A DNA stretch of 64,000 nt from a bacterium (lineage in GTDB: Bacteria > Hinthialibacterota > Hinthialibacteria > Hinthialibacterales > Hinthialibacteraceae): the NCBI GenBank assembly GCA_963662285.2, contig CAXXMV010000008.1, positions 320,001-384,000 on the forward strand. Reading direction: 5' to 3'. Positions 1 to 9,899 of this stretch are shown here, one piece after another. Made by a program: the position numbers and the translations under genes. The first letter of the stretch is position 1. Each line of letters begins with the position of its first letter. The notes under the pieces are model-generated. The model did no database searches. It was given only the letters and a program-made list of their open reading frames with translations, and was not told where the DNA came from.

Positions 1-303
1 AGGAATATAACTACCATTCAGATACATCCGGCTGGAGCGTTTTACCAAACTCATTCGCTCTTCGCAGAAAGTCCGGACGAACTCCTTTATTTCAGGAATC
101 TCGGTATGAAACCGATGCGGCCCCAGGTCTAAGGGGCATCCTTTCCACGACACGGATTTCGCCAAGCCGCCGGGGATCGGGTCGCGTTCAATCAGCGTAA
201 CTTTATATTCAGGATTGCAACGAAGAATTTTCCACGCCGTCGCCAGACCAGCAATGCCTGCGCCAAGAATTACAATACGTTTTCCGTTTTTATTCATGGT
301 CAT
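1..303 (-). CDS. FAD-dependent oxidoreductase (protoporphyrinogen oxidase/UDP-galactopyranose mutase-like), runs off the window start
   Basis: Not in the ORF track. Manual translation from ATG 303 (or 297) gives MTMNKNGKRIVILGAGIAGLATAW...LIERDPIPGGLAKS...DLGPHRFH, with the Rossmann GxGxxG, GG and DxGxHxF motifs. Confidence 0.85.
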   Translation of the reverse strand, partial: MTMNKNGKRIVILGAGIAGLATAWKILRCNPEYKVTLIERDPIPGGLAKSVSWKGCPLDLGPHRFHTEIPEIKEFVRTFCEERMSLVKRSSRMYLNGSYIP

Positions 304-331
304 TATTATTTAGAGATTATTCAAAGATATA

Positions 332-1099
332 TTATTTGTGGTCTATTGATATCACTTCGGGAGTAGCTTTCTTGGTGCTCCAGAAAAACCGGACTCGCAT
401 CAGAGTCCAGATCGCTATAACAAAATCCCACCAGCCGATTTTTTTGCCTTCAGCGAAAGATCGGGCTTTGAATGTAACGGGGACTTCCAAAATAGAATAT
501 CCCAATTTCATCACTTTGCTGGTCACTTCAGGACAAAATTCAAATCCATGACATTCCAAAGGAATACGGTCTATCACTGATCTACGGAACGCTTTATACG
601 CGGTTGCTTCATCGGTAATTTTTTGACCATAAAGCAAGGAGACCGCTTTAGCCAGAATCCAATTGCCCACTCTGTTAGCCAAACGCATATCTTCCACCGA
701 TCCCATAAAACGCGACCCGAAACAGACCTGGGTCTTCCCATCCACAATGGGTTGAATCACTTGGATAATCTCGGTCGGTTCATATTCCAGATCAGCGTCC
801 TGCACAATGACGATATCGCCGCTAACCCGCCGCAGCCCGGTTCTGATAGCCGCGCCCTTACCCAGGTTCCTGTCATGGATCAAGACAATTGTATCTGGTT
901 GTTCCATCTCTAATTCCAGAATAGCCTGAGTAGTATCAGTCGAACAATCGTTAACCAGAATTATCTCTCTATTCGCCCACTCAATCGAACGCACTTTGCG
1001 CAGTACTTCTTCAAGAGATTCTTCTTCGTTGTATATGGGAATTATGATGGAGAGTTTCAGCGATTTACCACCCACTGCACCGGTACTTTTTTCAGACAT
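332..1099 (-). CDS. GT2 glycosyltransferase (DPM/DPG synthase-like)
   Basis: IIIPIYNEE, VNDCSTD, NLGKGAA, QDADLEY and GSRF motifs. Confidence 0.92.
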   Translation of the reverse strand: MSEKSTGAVGGKSLKLSIIIPIYNEEESLEEVLRKVRSIEWANREIILVNDCSTDTTQAILELEMEQPDTIVLIHDRNLGKGAAIRTGLRRVSGDIVIVQDADLEYEPTEIIQVIQPIVDGKTQVCFGSRFMGSVEDMRLANRVGNWILAKAVSLLYGQKITDEATAYKAFRRSVIDRIPLECHGFEFCPEVTSKVMKLGYSILEVPVTFKARSFAEGKKIGWWDFVIAIWTLMRVRFFWSTKKATPEVISIDHK

Positions 1100-1117
1100 A
1101 ATCTATTTTTTTCCAAA

Positions 1118-1161
1118 AACCCCTCTCCCCCAAGTTTGGGGGAGAATTCAAGAGGGGGTTG
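1118..1161. repeat. BoxC-like GC-rich palindrome, subtype A
   Basis: ctcccccaagtttgggggag...agagggggttg; near-identical copy at 43108-43143. Confidence 0.75.
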
Positions 1162-1277
1162 CTTTCACAAACCTTATAATATCCAATCTAATTCATTTAA
1201 CACTGAATTTCATTTCGGCTGATATTACAACCAAATCCCATGAATCCAACATCAAGAAGAGTAATTTAGACAATATT

Positions 1278-2636
1278 TTACAGTGGTTTCTTCAAAACCA
1301 GATACCCAATGCTTGATGGAGAAAGATTGTCAACCTTTTTTACTTTACGGTAAAAGAGGATAGATAACCAAGGCTGAACATGGCGCAGCATTGCAGAAAT
1401 AAGAGGATAAGAAGGCGATAACCATCTTCTCAAAGGCAACACGCCATCATCATAAAAACCTGATTGAATAAATTCCCACGGGGCGGACTGACCTAAACGT
1501 CTTATCATATCCTGTGGAGAATAATTCCTGCAATATACCTCATTCCACTCCTGGCGCCCCATGGCTTCAACATCTTGGCCGCTTTGGAAACCTATGGAAT
1601 ATGGCGTCTCCAGCCAGCCGTCACTAGAATTATGACTGGTTTCGACCGTAACCACCACCAATCCACCAGGTCGGATAACCCGGAATAACTCCTGCATACA
1701 ATGTATATCGCCATCTTCCGGGATATGCTCCAACATGCAAAGCACTGAAGCGCCGTCGATAACAGATTCAGCCAAAGGTAGTTGCGTCCCATCTCCAACA
1801 GCATAGTTTATATTGATAGACTTTTCGTCATCTTTTACTTTGTTTTCAACCTTTTGCAAATGAGAAAAACCATAAGTCGATCCATCCAGCGCAATGCTCA
1901 TAGCGCCATACATACTCCAGAAAAGAGAGGCGGTATTAAAACCGGCGCCTATATCAATTATAGTAGATTGTGGATCATTGATAGGCAGCCAGCGCGAAGC
2001 AAGCATTATCTCTCGCGTCTTGTGGTAGGCTAATCCATCACGCACATAGAATGAATCATATTGTTTACAGAAACACAATAAATCACTTAATTTATGAGAC
2101 TTATCCCAACTACCCTCAAAAACTGCTTTATCAAAAAACCTTTCATATATAACGATCAGACCATACGATATTCGTTCCTCAATCCAATTTATACTACGGA
2201 TCAAACAAAGTCCCGGTTTGGTTTTAACGGGGACATTGAGCAGTTGCTTAAACAATCTAAAACAATCATGCAGATAAGTTTTAAGCAGCCGTTTATGCAT
2301 TCCCTGCGCCGCATAACCCTTTGCTATAGCGGTTCTTAACCATTTCCGCTCAGAGGCTGAATCATGATGCTTGGCGTATTGCTCAGCCAGAATTTGACAT
2401 ACTCCCTGATCAGGTTCGATTAACTGACTACGTCGCTCCAGAACCGCAATGGCTTTCCCTGCCCTGCCCCGTTCAGCGTAATGATGCCCCAAATGCGCCA
2501 TCAAATCAGTTGAACCTGGATGCAACTCAAGCCCTTCTTCCAAAACTCGCCCTACTGCTTCAGTCTTATCTTGCTCAGCCAAAGTTTGGGCTTCTTGGAG
2601 AATATGTGGAATATTTTTGATTGAGGAATTTTGCAT
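1278..2636 (-). CDS. TPR-containing class I SAM-dependent methyltransferase
   Basis: N-terminal TPR-like helices; C-terminal IIDIGAG, GDGTQLP, LEHIP and FRVIRPGG motifs. Confidence 0.8.
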   Translation of the reverse strand: MQNSSIKNIPHILQEAQTLAEQDKTEAVGRVLEEGLELHPGSTDLMAHLGHHYAERGRAGKAIAVLERRSQLIEPDQGVCQILAEQYAKHHDSASERKWLRTAIAKGYAAQGMHKRLLKTYLHDCFRLFKQLLNVPVKTKPGLCLIRSINWIEERISYGLIVIYERFFDKAVFEGSWDKSHKLSDLLCFCKQYDSFYVRDGLAYHKTREIMLASRWLPINDPQSTIIDIGAGFNTASLFWSMYGAMSIALDGSTYGFSHLQKVENKVKDDEKSININYAVGDGTQLPLAESVIDGASVLCMLEHIPEDGDIHCMQELFRVIRPGGLVVVTVETSHNSSDGWLETPYSIGFQSGQDVEAMGRQEWNEVYCRNYSPQDMIRRLGQSAPWEFIQSGFYDDGVLPLRRWLSPSYPLISAMLRHVQPWLSILFYRKVKKVDNLSPSSIGYLVLKKPL

Positions 2637-2676
2637 ATATAATGACGATTCTATTAATCAAAGGTAAAAAAAATAT

Positions 2677-2834
2677 GGGTGGCAAGGGCAGTGTATTTTC
2701 TGCCCTTGATTAAGTCTCCTCTTATTTCCAGAATCCCCCATTAAGCAATATGTACGGAAGACAGAATTATAAGATTGATTTCTTTTACGAATGGTTGTCC
2801 GTCAAGAGGAGAAAGAACACTCCCCTTGCCACCC
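2677..2834. mobile_element. MITE/REPIN-like element, copy 1 (158 bp, 34-bp terminal inverted repeats)
   Basis: Left end gggtggcaagggcagtgtattttctgcccttgat (2677-2710). The right end 2801-2834 is its reverse complement at 28/34. The left end is identical to 37356-37389. Confidence 0.7.
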
Positions 2835-2845
2835 GCCAAACATAA

Positions 2846-3910
2846 CTATAAAAAAATATCTTGCAGCGCAGTTTGATTATCATCAATCCACTTATAGATA
2901 TCGTTAAATATAATTTCCGGTGATGTAGTGGGTTTCCATCCGGTTGCTTGCGTTACTTTAGTATTATCAGTTATGTAGATGGGGATATCGGCATTCCGGG
3001 TTTCTTTGACTTTGTCTATAGAGATTGTATTTTTGGAAATTTCAGCGCAATACCCGGTTAACTCTTGCAAAGAGACGCTGATCTCTCTGCCGCCTCCCAC
3101 GTTATAAATCTCACCTGAGTGCTTATCCATCGAGTTCAATTGAATATCCAACAGGGTATAGAGATCATCAACATGCAGAATATCCCTAACCTGCTTGCCC
3201 TCTCCACCGAAACCGATATAAGACAGATTTTGCTTCCAGAAATGCCGGGTCATCCACAGCACAATCACTCCCTGATCGGCTTTACCGAATTGCCAAGGCC
3301 CGGTCAGTACTCCGCAGCGGTTTATCACGCCGCGCAGGTTATACATACTTATGTATTCTTGAATAATAAGTTCTGATGATAATTTGGTGGCGCCATACAG
3401 CGACCTGGCGCCATTCAATGGAAAATCTTCACTAACGCCTTTGCTGGAAGCGCCGGGAATCTCTTGATGATCCTCTAATTCAAATCGCGTTTCTGCTTCT
3501 CTTATATTGAGATTATTGATAGTGGAAACGGGATAGATGCGGCTGGTTGATAAAAATATGAAGTCCGCCTCGCGTTTCCTGGCCAACTCCAGGCAATTAA
3601 TGGTTCCCAGCAGGTTGGTATTAATCAGATATTCAGGAGATGAGTCGTATCCAGCTAATACAGACGGTTCAGCTGAGCATTCGAAAATCACGTCAATCTG
3701 ACCGATGCTTTCTAAGTCTTCTTTGTTGCGAATATCGCCATGCGCAAATTCAATGCTATTCTTTTTCAAACGCGATATATTTAATTCGCTTCCCCTGCGC
3801 TTGAGGTTATCTAGACAAATTATCTTTATATCTGAGTAATGCTTCTGCAATTGCAAAGCCAGAGATGATCCAACAAAACCACAACCACCAGTAATTAAAT
3901 ATGTTTTCAT
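2846..3910 (-). CDS. NAD-dependent epimerase/dehydratase, CDP-paratose 2-epimerase (RfbE)-like
   Basis: ITGGCGFVG, DNLKRRGS, YGATK (YxxxK) and GKQVRDILHVDD motifs. Confidence 0.88.
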   Translation of the reverse strand: MKTYLITGGCGFVGSSLALQLQKHYSDIKIICLDNLKRRGSELNISRLKKNSIEFAHGDIRNKEDLESIGQIDVIFECSAEPSVLAGYDSSPEYLINTNLLGTINCLELARKREADFIFLSTSRIYPVSTINNLNIREAETRFELEDHQEIPGASSKGVSEDFPLNGARSLYGATKLSSELIIQEYISMYNLRGVINRCGVLTGPWQFGKADQGVIVLWMTRHFWKQNLSYIGFGGEGKQVRDILHVDDLYTLLDIQLNSMDKHSGEIYNVGGGREISVSLQELTGYCAEISKNTISIDKVKETRNADIPIYITDNTKVTQATGWKPTTSPEIIFNDIYKWIDDNQTALQDIFL

Positions 3911-3990
3911 GCTTTTTAATCTCGTCTTTCAGACTATGTCCGCCGACTCATAATAATTGGATTCCAATCAAACCAGAAAAACCAGTCATA

Positions 3991-5901
3991 TTAATATAAT
4001 TGCCAATCAGACACAGGCATGGTTTCCAGAGATTGGATGGCATTATAGGCATCGACCAGACCAGCTCCGGAATAGCAATCCGGTCCTTCCAGTTCGATAT
4101 CAATAGCCGTCTGTTTCAGGGTTTCAAGTAGTTTATCCGGCGTAAGCGAGGGTTGCGCTTCGAGCATTAGAGCCGCGATAGCGGCAAGATTCGCCGCCGC
4201 TGCTGAGGTGCCTTTGAATGTCTCAAAACCAGCTACGCCGGTACTCGTTTCATCCGGCCCGGCAAGGTCGGGTTTTAGTATTAATTGAGGTTCATCAAGA
4301 CGAGTCAAGCCGTCATCAGAGAAAAATACCGGCAAAAAACCTCCTAAAGCGGAAAAAGATTGCACATTTAGAATATCTTCCGGTTCTAGAAATTCTCCAT
4401 TACGCTTGATTTCCTTAATCGGTATGGCAGCTACCGTTGTGACTCCAGGAGCAATCATGTGCCCCATAATGGTACGGTCATGTAGAAGATGTTTATCGTT
4501 TACCTGTTTGGCTTTATTGCCGTTATTGAAGATAGCATACAAATGAAGATTCCGGGGAACGCGCCCTTTTTGATGGTTTATAACTATATTGACGTCACGG
4601 TCGCTGCCTTGATTAAAAAAGACTATCACCTCAACCGGTTCTCCCGATGGATTATCTTCTTCACCTTGAAAATTGACGCTGGATGCCAGGATGTTGTTTT
4701 CGCTAAGCGGCAAAATTTCATCAGAGGTCAAGTATAAATCAAGATCAGACTCCGCGCCAATTCCTTCGGCGAATACGCCGCCATAAGGCTCATCCCAATG
4801 CAAGGTAATTGCAACAGAAGACAAGTGGGGCATATGAATAGATAAATGAGTATCTGATGATAATCCGCAAGCTTTGCCAAAATCGTGAAAATCATTACCG
4901 TTAGGCGGAAAACTATGATCATTAACAGAACTTACATCTGTAAATAACCGGTCATGTCCATTATCTCCGAAATTCCCCGCAGCAGTAAAATACGGCGCTC
5001 CATTAGCAACGGCTTCCATGGCCGCCAAAGCTATCGGACCATTTTGATAAATCGGTTCCTGCAAAAAATTAATGTCATCCACCAGGATATCACATTCATA
5101 TCCGGGATCATTCCATAATTTTCTGATATTATCAGCGAAGACGGAGTAATTATATCTAACTGCGGCGAAAGAAAAATCAGCGCCGGGCGCGAGGTCATGA
5201 ATCAATTCCATCATGGCGGCGCCTTCATCATCACCAAAACCATCGCCCTCATCAATAATCTTGATATTTACGGGTAAATCCAGTTTCATTTGTGATGAAG
5301 TTCCCAACAGGAAACCGTTAAACATTCGGCCCGTTTTCGACCGATCAGCAATACTATCGCTGAGGACGCCAATCCTGATTCCTTCACCACTCAAGTTAAA
5401 TATAGAACGCGCTTGAGCGGCGTTAATCGACGTATCCGCTTCATTTTCAATCGAACCGGCAAAACTTACGGCATACGGCTCTGTGCTTATGCCGATTATA
5501 TCTGACCTTTGAACAATTTCCTCAAATTGATAAGGGTCATAACACCGGACAACCAGTTGATGTAGATTACCGAATGAATATTCACCGACTATATCTAAGT
5601 CTGCGTTGGTGCAATCGTTAATAAGATCAGGAGAAATACTCCTGGCGCCGATAATGCATTGCAATAAACCATCTCTAATAGCGTGAGAAGCATAGCGAAT
5701 AAAAGCATTCTCGACAGTCTCATTACTATTTAGAGCATGCCTGATTTTTAATAAATCACTACTGAGTTTAGTTAAATTTCGATTACCATCGCAAAGAGAA
5801 TCAATTTTCGGATTAATTTTCGAATCAATAGATGCAAAAACTAAAGCATTCTCAAGAAGCAATCCTATTAACAATAGAATCAGAAATGACGCATATTTCA
5901 T
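3991..5901 (-). CDS. Secreted S8/S53-like serine peptidase with short C-terminal tail (PVSDWQLY)
   Basis: Signal peptide from ATG 5901 (MKYASFLILLLIGLLL). Motifs IGVLSDS, DEGAAM..IHDLAPGA, AAGN, KPDLAGPD, GTSAAA and GAGLVDA. Confidence 0.85.
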   Translation of the reverse strand: MKYASFLILLLIGLLLENALVFASIDSKINPKIDSLCDGNRNLTKLSSDLLKIRHALNSNETVENAFIRYASHAIRDGLLQCIIGARSISPDLINDCTNADLDIVGEYSFGNLHQLVVRCYDPYQFEEIVQRSDIIGISTEPYAVSFAGSIENEADTSINAAQARSIFNLSGEGIRIGVLSDSIADRSKTGRMFNGFLLGTSSQMKLDLPVNIKIIDEGDGFGDDEGAAMMELIHDLAPGADFSFAAVRYNYSVFADNIRKLWNDPGYECDILVDDINFLQEPIYQNGPIALAAMEAVANGAPYFTAAGNFGDNGHDRLFTDVSSVNDHSFPPNGNDFHDFGKACGLSSDTHLSIHMPHLSSVAITLHWDEPYGGVFAEGIGAESDLDLYLTSDEILPLSENNILASSVNFQGEEDNPSGEPVEVIVFFNQGSDRDVNIVINHQKGRVPRNLHLYAIFNNGNKAKQVNDKHLLHDRTIMGHMIAPGVTTVAAIPIKEIKRNGEFLEPEDILNVQSFSALGGFLPVFFSDDGLTRLDEPQLILKPDLAGPDETSTGVAGFETFKGTSAAAANLAAIAALMLEAQPSLTPDKLLETLKQTAIDIELEGPDCYSGAGLVDAYNAIQSLETMPVSDWQLY

Positions 5902-6290
5902 TATAAATGCCTCAAAAATCATAAACAAATTGCCGGGTGATTAGGTGTTTACAGTGAATTCATCACCCAGTCAACCAGAATGAGCGCCGTCATAATTATA
6001 TTTTAAGCCTGTTTGACTATATCGCAAAAGACGACAAAAGACCAATTATTCGGAGTTAATGAATATAAAAACAATAACCATCAAGATGAAAAATAATATT
6101 ATGCATCCCTTATTATGCAAAAAAAAGTCAGGTAATATAATCCCGTTTGTAAAGTTATAGTGTAATAATTGTCTATTATAAAGGAAAACACTTTCTTCAG
6201 ACAACAATATCTTGTGTTTCAGTCTTAATTTGTTATATTATTCTTAATATATTTTGTCGCTTTTTATTAAACTGCTAACTGGAGCGTATT

Positions 6291-7103
6291 ATGGTCGAAT
6301 GGCGTATATATGGCTGCGGCTCTCCTTCATCATCTCTTTCTACTCAAAGCAGTTATGAAATTGCCGATGGAAAAAACCGTCTTCACATTGATCTTGGACC
6401 CGGTGGTATATATCACCGTTGTTTACGCGAAGGTTCCATCGAAGCCGCGATAAACTCCATCCAGAACATTCTTATCACCCACAGTCATCCAGACCATTAT
6501 TTCGACTTAGCCCGCCTTTATGTGGCTTGGATGTATACTCCGGGCTTCAAACCTCAAAACCGCGTTTCTCTTTACGCCACTTCTGAAACTATGCATGAGA
6601 TCAAAAAAGTAATGATCAATGCACGCCTGGAAGGTGGTTTTGAAAAAGCTTTCGATACTCATATTATTGATATTGATAAGCCGGTTCAAATAGATGATTT
6701 CACAGTCACTGCAAAAACATCGCATCATATAGAAGGTTCCAACGGCGTATGGGTGGAAACTCCATCAGGAAAAAATATCGGTTTCACTAGTGATACAGGA
6801 TTCAATGAAGACCTGTTTTCTATATGGAAAAACATTGATCTCTTAATCTCTGAATGCTGCTTCGTTGATCTGGAAACTCCTTACCATCTCCATTTAGGAC
6901 AAGTACAGGAAATGGCTGGTAAAATAAATCCTGAATGCCTTCTCATGGTTCATTTCTATCCAGATATGGAGAGATTGCCCGACAAGGATATTCTCAAGGC
7001 TATCTCACAAAAATATCACGGTACGACCTATATCGGACATGACGGACTGCTCGTTAAATGGGACGCTGCAAGCAAAACCTGGATTACAGATAAGATGTTC
7101 TAG
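6291..7103 (+). CDS. MBL-fold metallo-hydrolase (RNase Z-like)
   Basis: THSHPDH, IDLGPG, TSDTG, SEC and HFYP motifs. Confidence 0.85.
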   Translation: MVEWRIYGCGSPSSSLSTQSSYEIADGKNRLHIDLGPGGIYHRCLREGSIEAAINSIQNILITHSHPDHYFDLARLYVAWMYTPGFKPQNRVSLYATSETMHEIKKVMINARLEGGFEKAFDTHIIDIDKPVQIDDFTVTAKTSHHIEGSNGVWVETPSGKNIGFTSDTGFNEDLFSIWKNIDLLISECCFVDLETPYHLHLGQVQEMAGKINPECLLMVHFYPDMERLPDKDILKAISQKYHGTTYIGHDGLLVKWDAASKTWITDKMF

Positions 7104-7120
7104 GAATACTATCCCACTAA

Positions 7121-7918
7121 TCAACAATTCAGTTCACCCCTCAAAACAGTAACCGCCTGACCGCTAATCACAACCCGATCTCCATCTATCCTAACTCCAA
7201 CCACTCCACCACGCGCCGATGCTTGATAACCAGTAAGTTGATCTTTACCTAACTGTTCACACCAATATGGCGCCAGACAGCAATGTGCAGAACCCGTAAC
7301 CGGGTCCTCATTCACTCCAGCCAGTGGAGCGAAAAAGCGTGAAACAAAGTCATACTCTTCACTCTCTGATTTTGCAGTAACAATAAGACCACGCATTTCG
7401 ACTGAAGCAAGAAGGTTAAAATCTGGTTTTAAGGATCGCACTGCCTCTTCGCTATCAACCACAATCATATAATCCATCCGGTTCTTCAATATCTCAACTT
7501 TTTCTGCAGAGACGCCAAGCGCTTCAAGCAATACAGCAGGATATTCAACCGTTTCACCGGGTTCAGCAGGAAAATCCAGATTAATCCAATCGCCATTTTT
7601 GCTAGCAGTTAAAATACCGCTTCTGGTATGAAAACGAATTTCGTCAGAAACCGCCGCCTCTCTTAGTTCATACAAAACGTGGGCGCTGGCCAGCGTGGCA
7701 TGACCGCAAAGATCAACTTCAAAAGCGGGAGTAAACCAACGCAGGTTATACCCATCATCCACCTTGATCAGAAAGGCTGTCTCCGACAAATTCATTTCCC
7801 GGGCGATATTCTGCATCCATACATCATCCCGTGTTTCTTGCATGATGCAAACCGCCGCCGGATTACCTGAAAAAGGTTTATCTGTAAACGCGTCTACCTG
7901 TATGATTGATTGATTCAC
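7121..7918 (-). CDS. PhzF family isomerase
   Basis: VDAFTDKPFSGNPAAV, NLSETAF, EVDLCGHATLA and EDPVTGSAH motifs. Confidence 0.95.
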   Translation of the reverse strand: MNQSIIQVDAFTDKPFSGNPAAVCIMQETRDDVWMQNIAREMNLSETAFLIKVDDGYNLRWFTPAFEVDLCGHATLASAHVLYELREAAVSDEIRFHTRSGILTASKNGDWINLDFPAEPGETVEYPAVLLEALGVSAEKVEILKNRMDYMIVVDSEEAVRSLKPDFNLLASVEMRGLIVTAKSESEEYDFVSRFFAPLAGVNEDPVTGSAHCCLAPYWCEQLGKDQLTGYQASARGGVVGVRIDGDRVVISGQAVTVLRGELNC

Positions 7919-7933
7919 TATTCATCTTCTCCA

Positions 7934-8431
7934 TTATGCTTCCGCTGCCAGTTGATCTAAACTATCACCTGTTAAACGGTACAAATCACATTCAGCAATA
8001 GGATTAGCTCCAAGTTTTTTATAGAAATTAATCGCTGGTTCATTCCAATTCAGAACAGTCCATTCCAGTCGCCCATAGCTGCGATCAGTAACTAACTGAG
8101 CCAGATAAATCAACAAAGCGCGGCCAATGCCCTTGCTCCTGCACTCTGGTTTGACGAATAAATCTTCCAGATGGATTCCGGGAGTTCCCGCGAAAGTTGA
8201 AATACAGGTATAAAAAAAAGCAAAACCAACCGGGGCGCCATCATAGTATGCTAACACCGCCTCCGCGCAGGGATGCTCGCCAAAAAGAGCGTCACGTATA
8301 TTGTCTTCAGTCGCGGTCAGTTTATCTAAATTGTTCTCAAATTCAGCCAGGTCATGAATAAATTGATATACCAGGGATACATCATCTATTCTAGTTTGTC
8401 TTATTTCCACTTCATTGATAGTTAATTCCAT
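7934..8431 (-). CDS. GNAT N-acetyltransferase (diamine acetyltransferase-like)
   Basis: LEDLFVKPECRSKGIG and RLEWTVLNWNEPAINFY; likely start ATG 8431. Confidence 0.9.
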   Translation of the reverse strand: MELTINEVEIRQTRIDDVSLVYQFIHDLAEFENNLDKLTATEDNIRDALFGEHPCAEAVLAYYDGAPVGFAFFYTCISTFAGTPGIHLEDLFVKPECRSKGIGRALLIYLAQLVTDRSYGRLEWTVLNWNEPAINFYKKLGANPIAECDLYRLTGDSLDQLAAEA

Positions 8432-8488
8432 ATTCAGCCTAACGCTTTCAATTATTCTTAAGTACTTTTCCAAAACCTATCAATCATT

Positions 8489-9763
8489 CTAGTACAGCAA
8501 ATACTTGTCTCTTACCAAAAGAAATTGATTAACGCCTTTATTAGTCGTCTTCATAATAAATTGAAAATCTTTTCCCTCACCAATCAAGGTGCGTAACGAC
8601 TCATCACCCCATAATCGATCCATAAAACTTAAGGTCTTGTATTGCTGGGGATAAAGCGAATGCGCCGCGCATAGTAGAGCGACTGCAAGTTCAATAGGTC
8701 TTAACTTGTCTTGATCAGTGATGGTAAAACGCAATCCATGACATAGCTTATCCTTATATTTGGGATTCTCCGATTTGCCGGGGATGCTCTTAGGCGTAAA
8801 TTCAATAACCTTGGCAGATATTCCAGATAACAACTTATCAGGAACCGCGTCAAGCCATTTCTGACCATCAATAAATGGCGCCCCTATTATAAGAAATGGA
8901 TCATCTGTACCCCGGCCTTCAGACAGGTTCGAGCCTTCAAATAAACAAAATCCCGGATAGATAACAGCCGTATCCAGCGATGGCATATTGGGAGACGGCG
9001 CAATCCATGACATGCCCGTCTGATCATAGTGCATTGCGCGCGTATAATTCTTCATTGGAATAACCGTTAAATCCGCGTTAATCGAAAATCCGGCGTAACT
9101 CTCTTGATTCATCAATTGGGCTAATTCACCTACCGTCATGCCATAACGTATAGGCAGCGGCATCACACCTACAAAACTGGTGTAGGCTGGATTAGTAATA
9201 GCTCCTTCAACCCGTACGGCGCCGACCGGGTTGGGACGATCCAATACGATTATAGGGATGCCTTCCCGCTCCGCCGCACACAAAGCCAGAAACATGGTTG
9301 ATATATAAGTATAAAATTTAACGCCTACATCCTGCATGTCATAAATCAATACATCAACATTACTCAGCATTTCATGAGTCGGAACGCGGGTATCACCATA
9401 AAGGCTATAGATCGGGATGCCCTTAATATCAGTTTGCTCAATAGTCGCGCCGGCCGAACTATCGCCCGTAAAGCCATGCTCCGGGCCGAATAACGCAGTA
9501 ATTTTGGCATGTTGGCTTAACACAGATACAATCGACCGTCCCTCGCTATCAACTGATGTATGATTGGCGATAATGCCAATCCGTTTGTTTTTTATCAGAT
9601 CAGATTTCTCTTCAACAAGACGTTCTAATCCCAAAATTACTCTTGTATCGGCAAAAGCGTTTAATGAAAAACACAAAACAATATTGACAAGAATTGATGC
9701 CATGGTTAATCCAAAATAACGGTTGTTGATGATTTTGATAAATAATCTATTCATGATCTTCAC
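8489..9763 (-). CDS. namZ: Exo-beta-N-acetylmuramidase NamZ (DUF1343) family
   Basis: NHTS, LFGPEHG, DMQDVGVKFYTY, VLDRPNP, PSPNMP and SEGRGT motifs; hydrophobic N-terminus. Confidence 0.9.
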   Translation of the reverse strand: MKIMNRLFIKIINNRYFGLTMASILVNIVLCFSLNAFADTRVILGLERLVEEKSDLIKNKRIGIIANHTSVDSEGRSIVSVLSQHAKITALFGPEHGFTGDSSAGATIEQTDIKGIPIYSLYGDTRVPTHEMLSNVDVLIYDMQDVGVKFYTYISTMFLALCAAEREGIPIIVLDRPNPVGAVRVEGAITNPAYTSFVGVMPLPIRYGMTVGELAQLMNQESYAGFSINADLTVIPMKNYTRAMHYDQTGMSWIAPSPNMPSLDTAVIYPGFCLFEGSNLSEGRGTDDPFLIIGAPFIDGQKWLDAVPDKLLSGISAKVIEFTPKSIPGKSENPKYKDKLCHGLRFTITDQDKLRPIELAVALLCAAHSLYPQQYKTLSFMDRLWGDESLRTLIGEGKDFQFIMKTTNKGVNQFLLVRDKYLLY

Positions 9764-9899
9764 TTCCTTAAGTTATGATTACAAACCAAAAATGCCGGTT
9801 GGGCTTAAATCTAACATAAATTATGCCACAATTGCATCATGATCAAATCAATTGTATTAGTGTCATACACAAAAAGTATATAGGATAAGAGCTGTTTCA

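Noticed and set aside
8489-8515. NamZ C-terminus RDKYLLY as a fourth copy of the sorting tail
   Set aside because: R.KYLLY is the normal conserved end of NamZ/DUF1343 proteins, and there is no linker.
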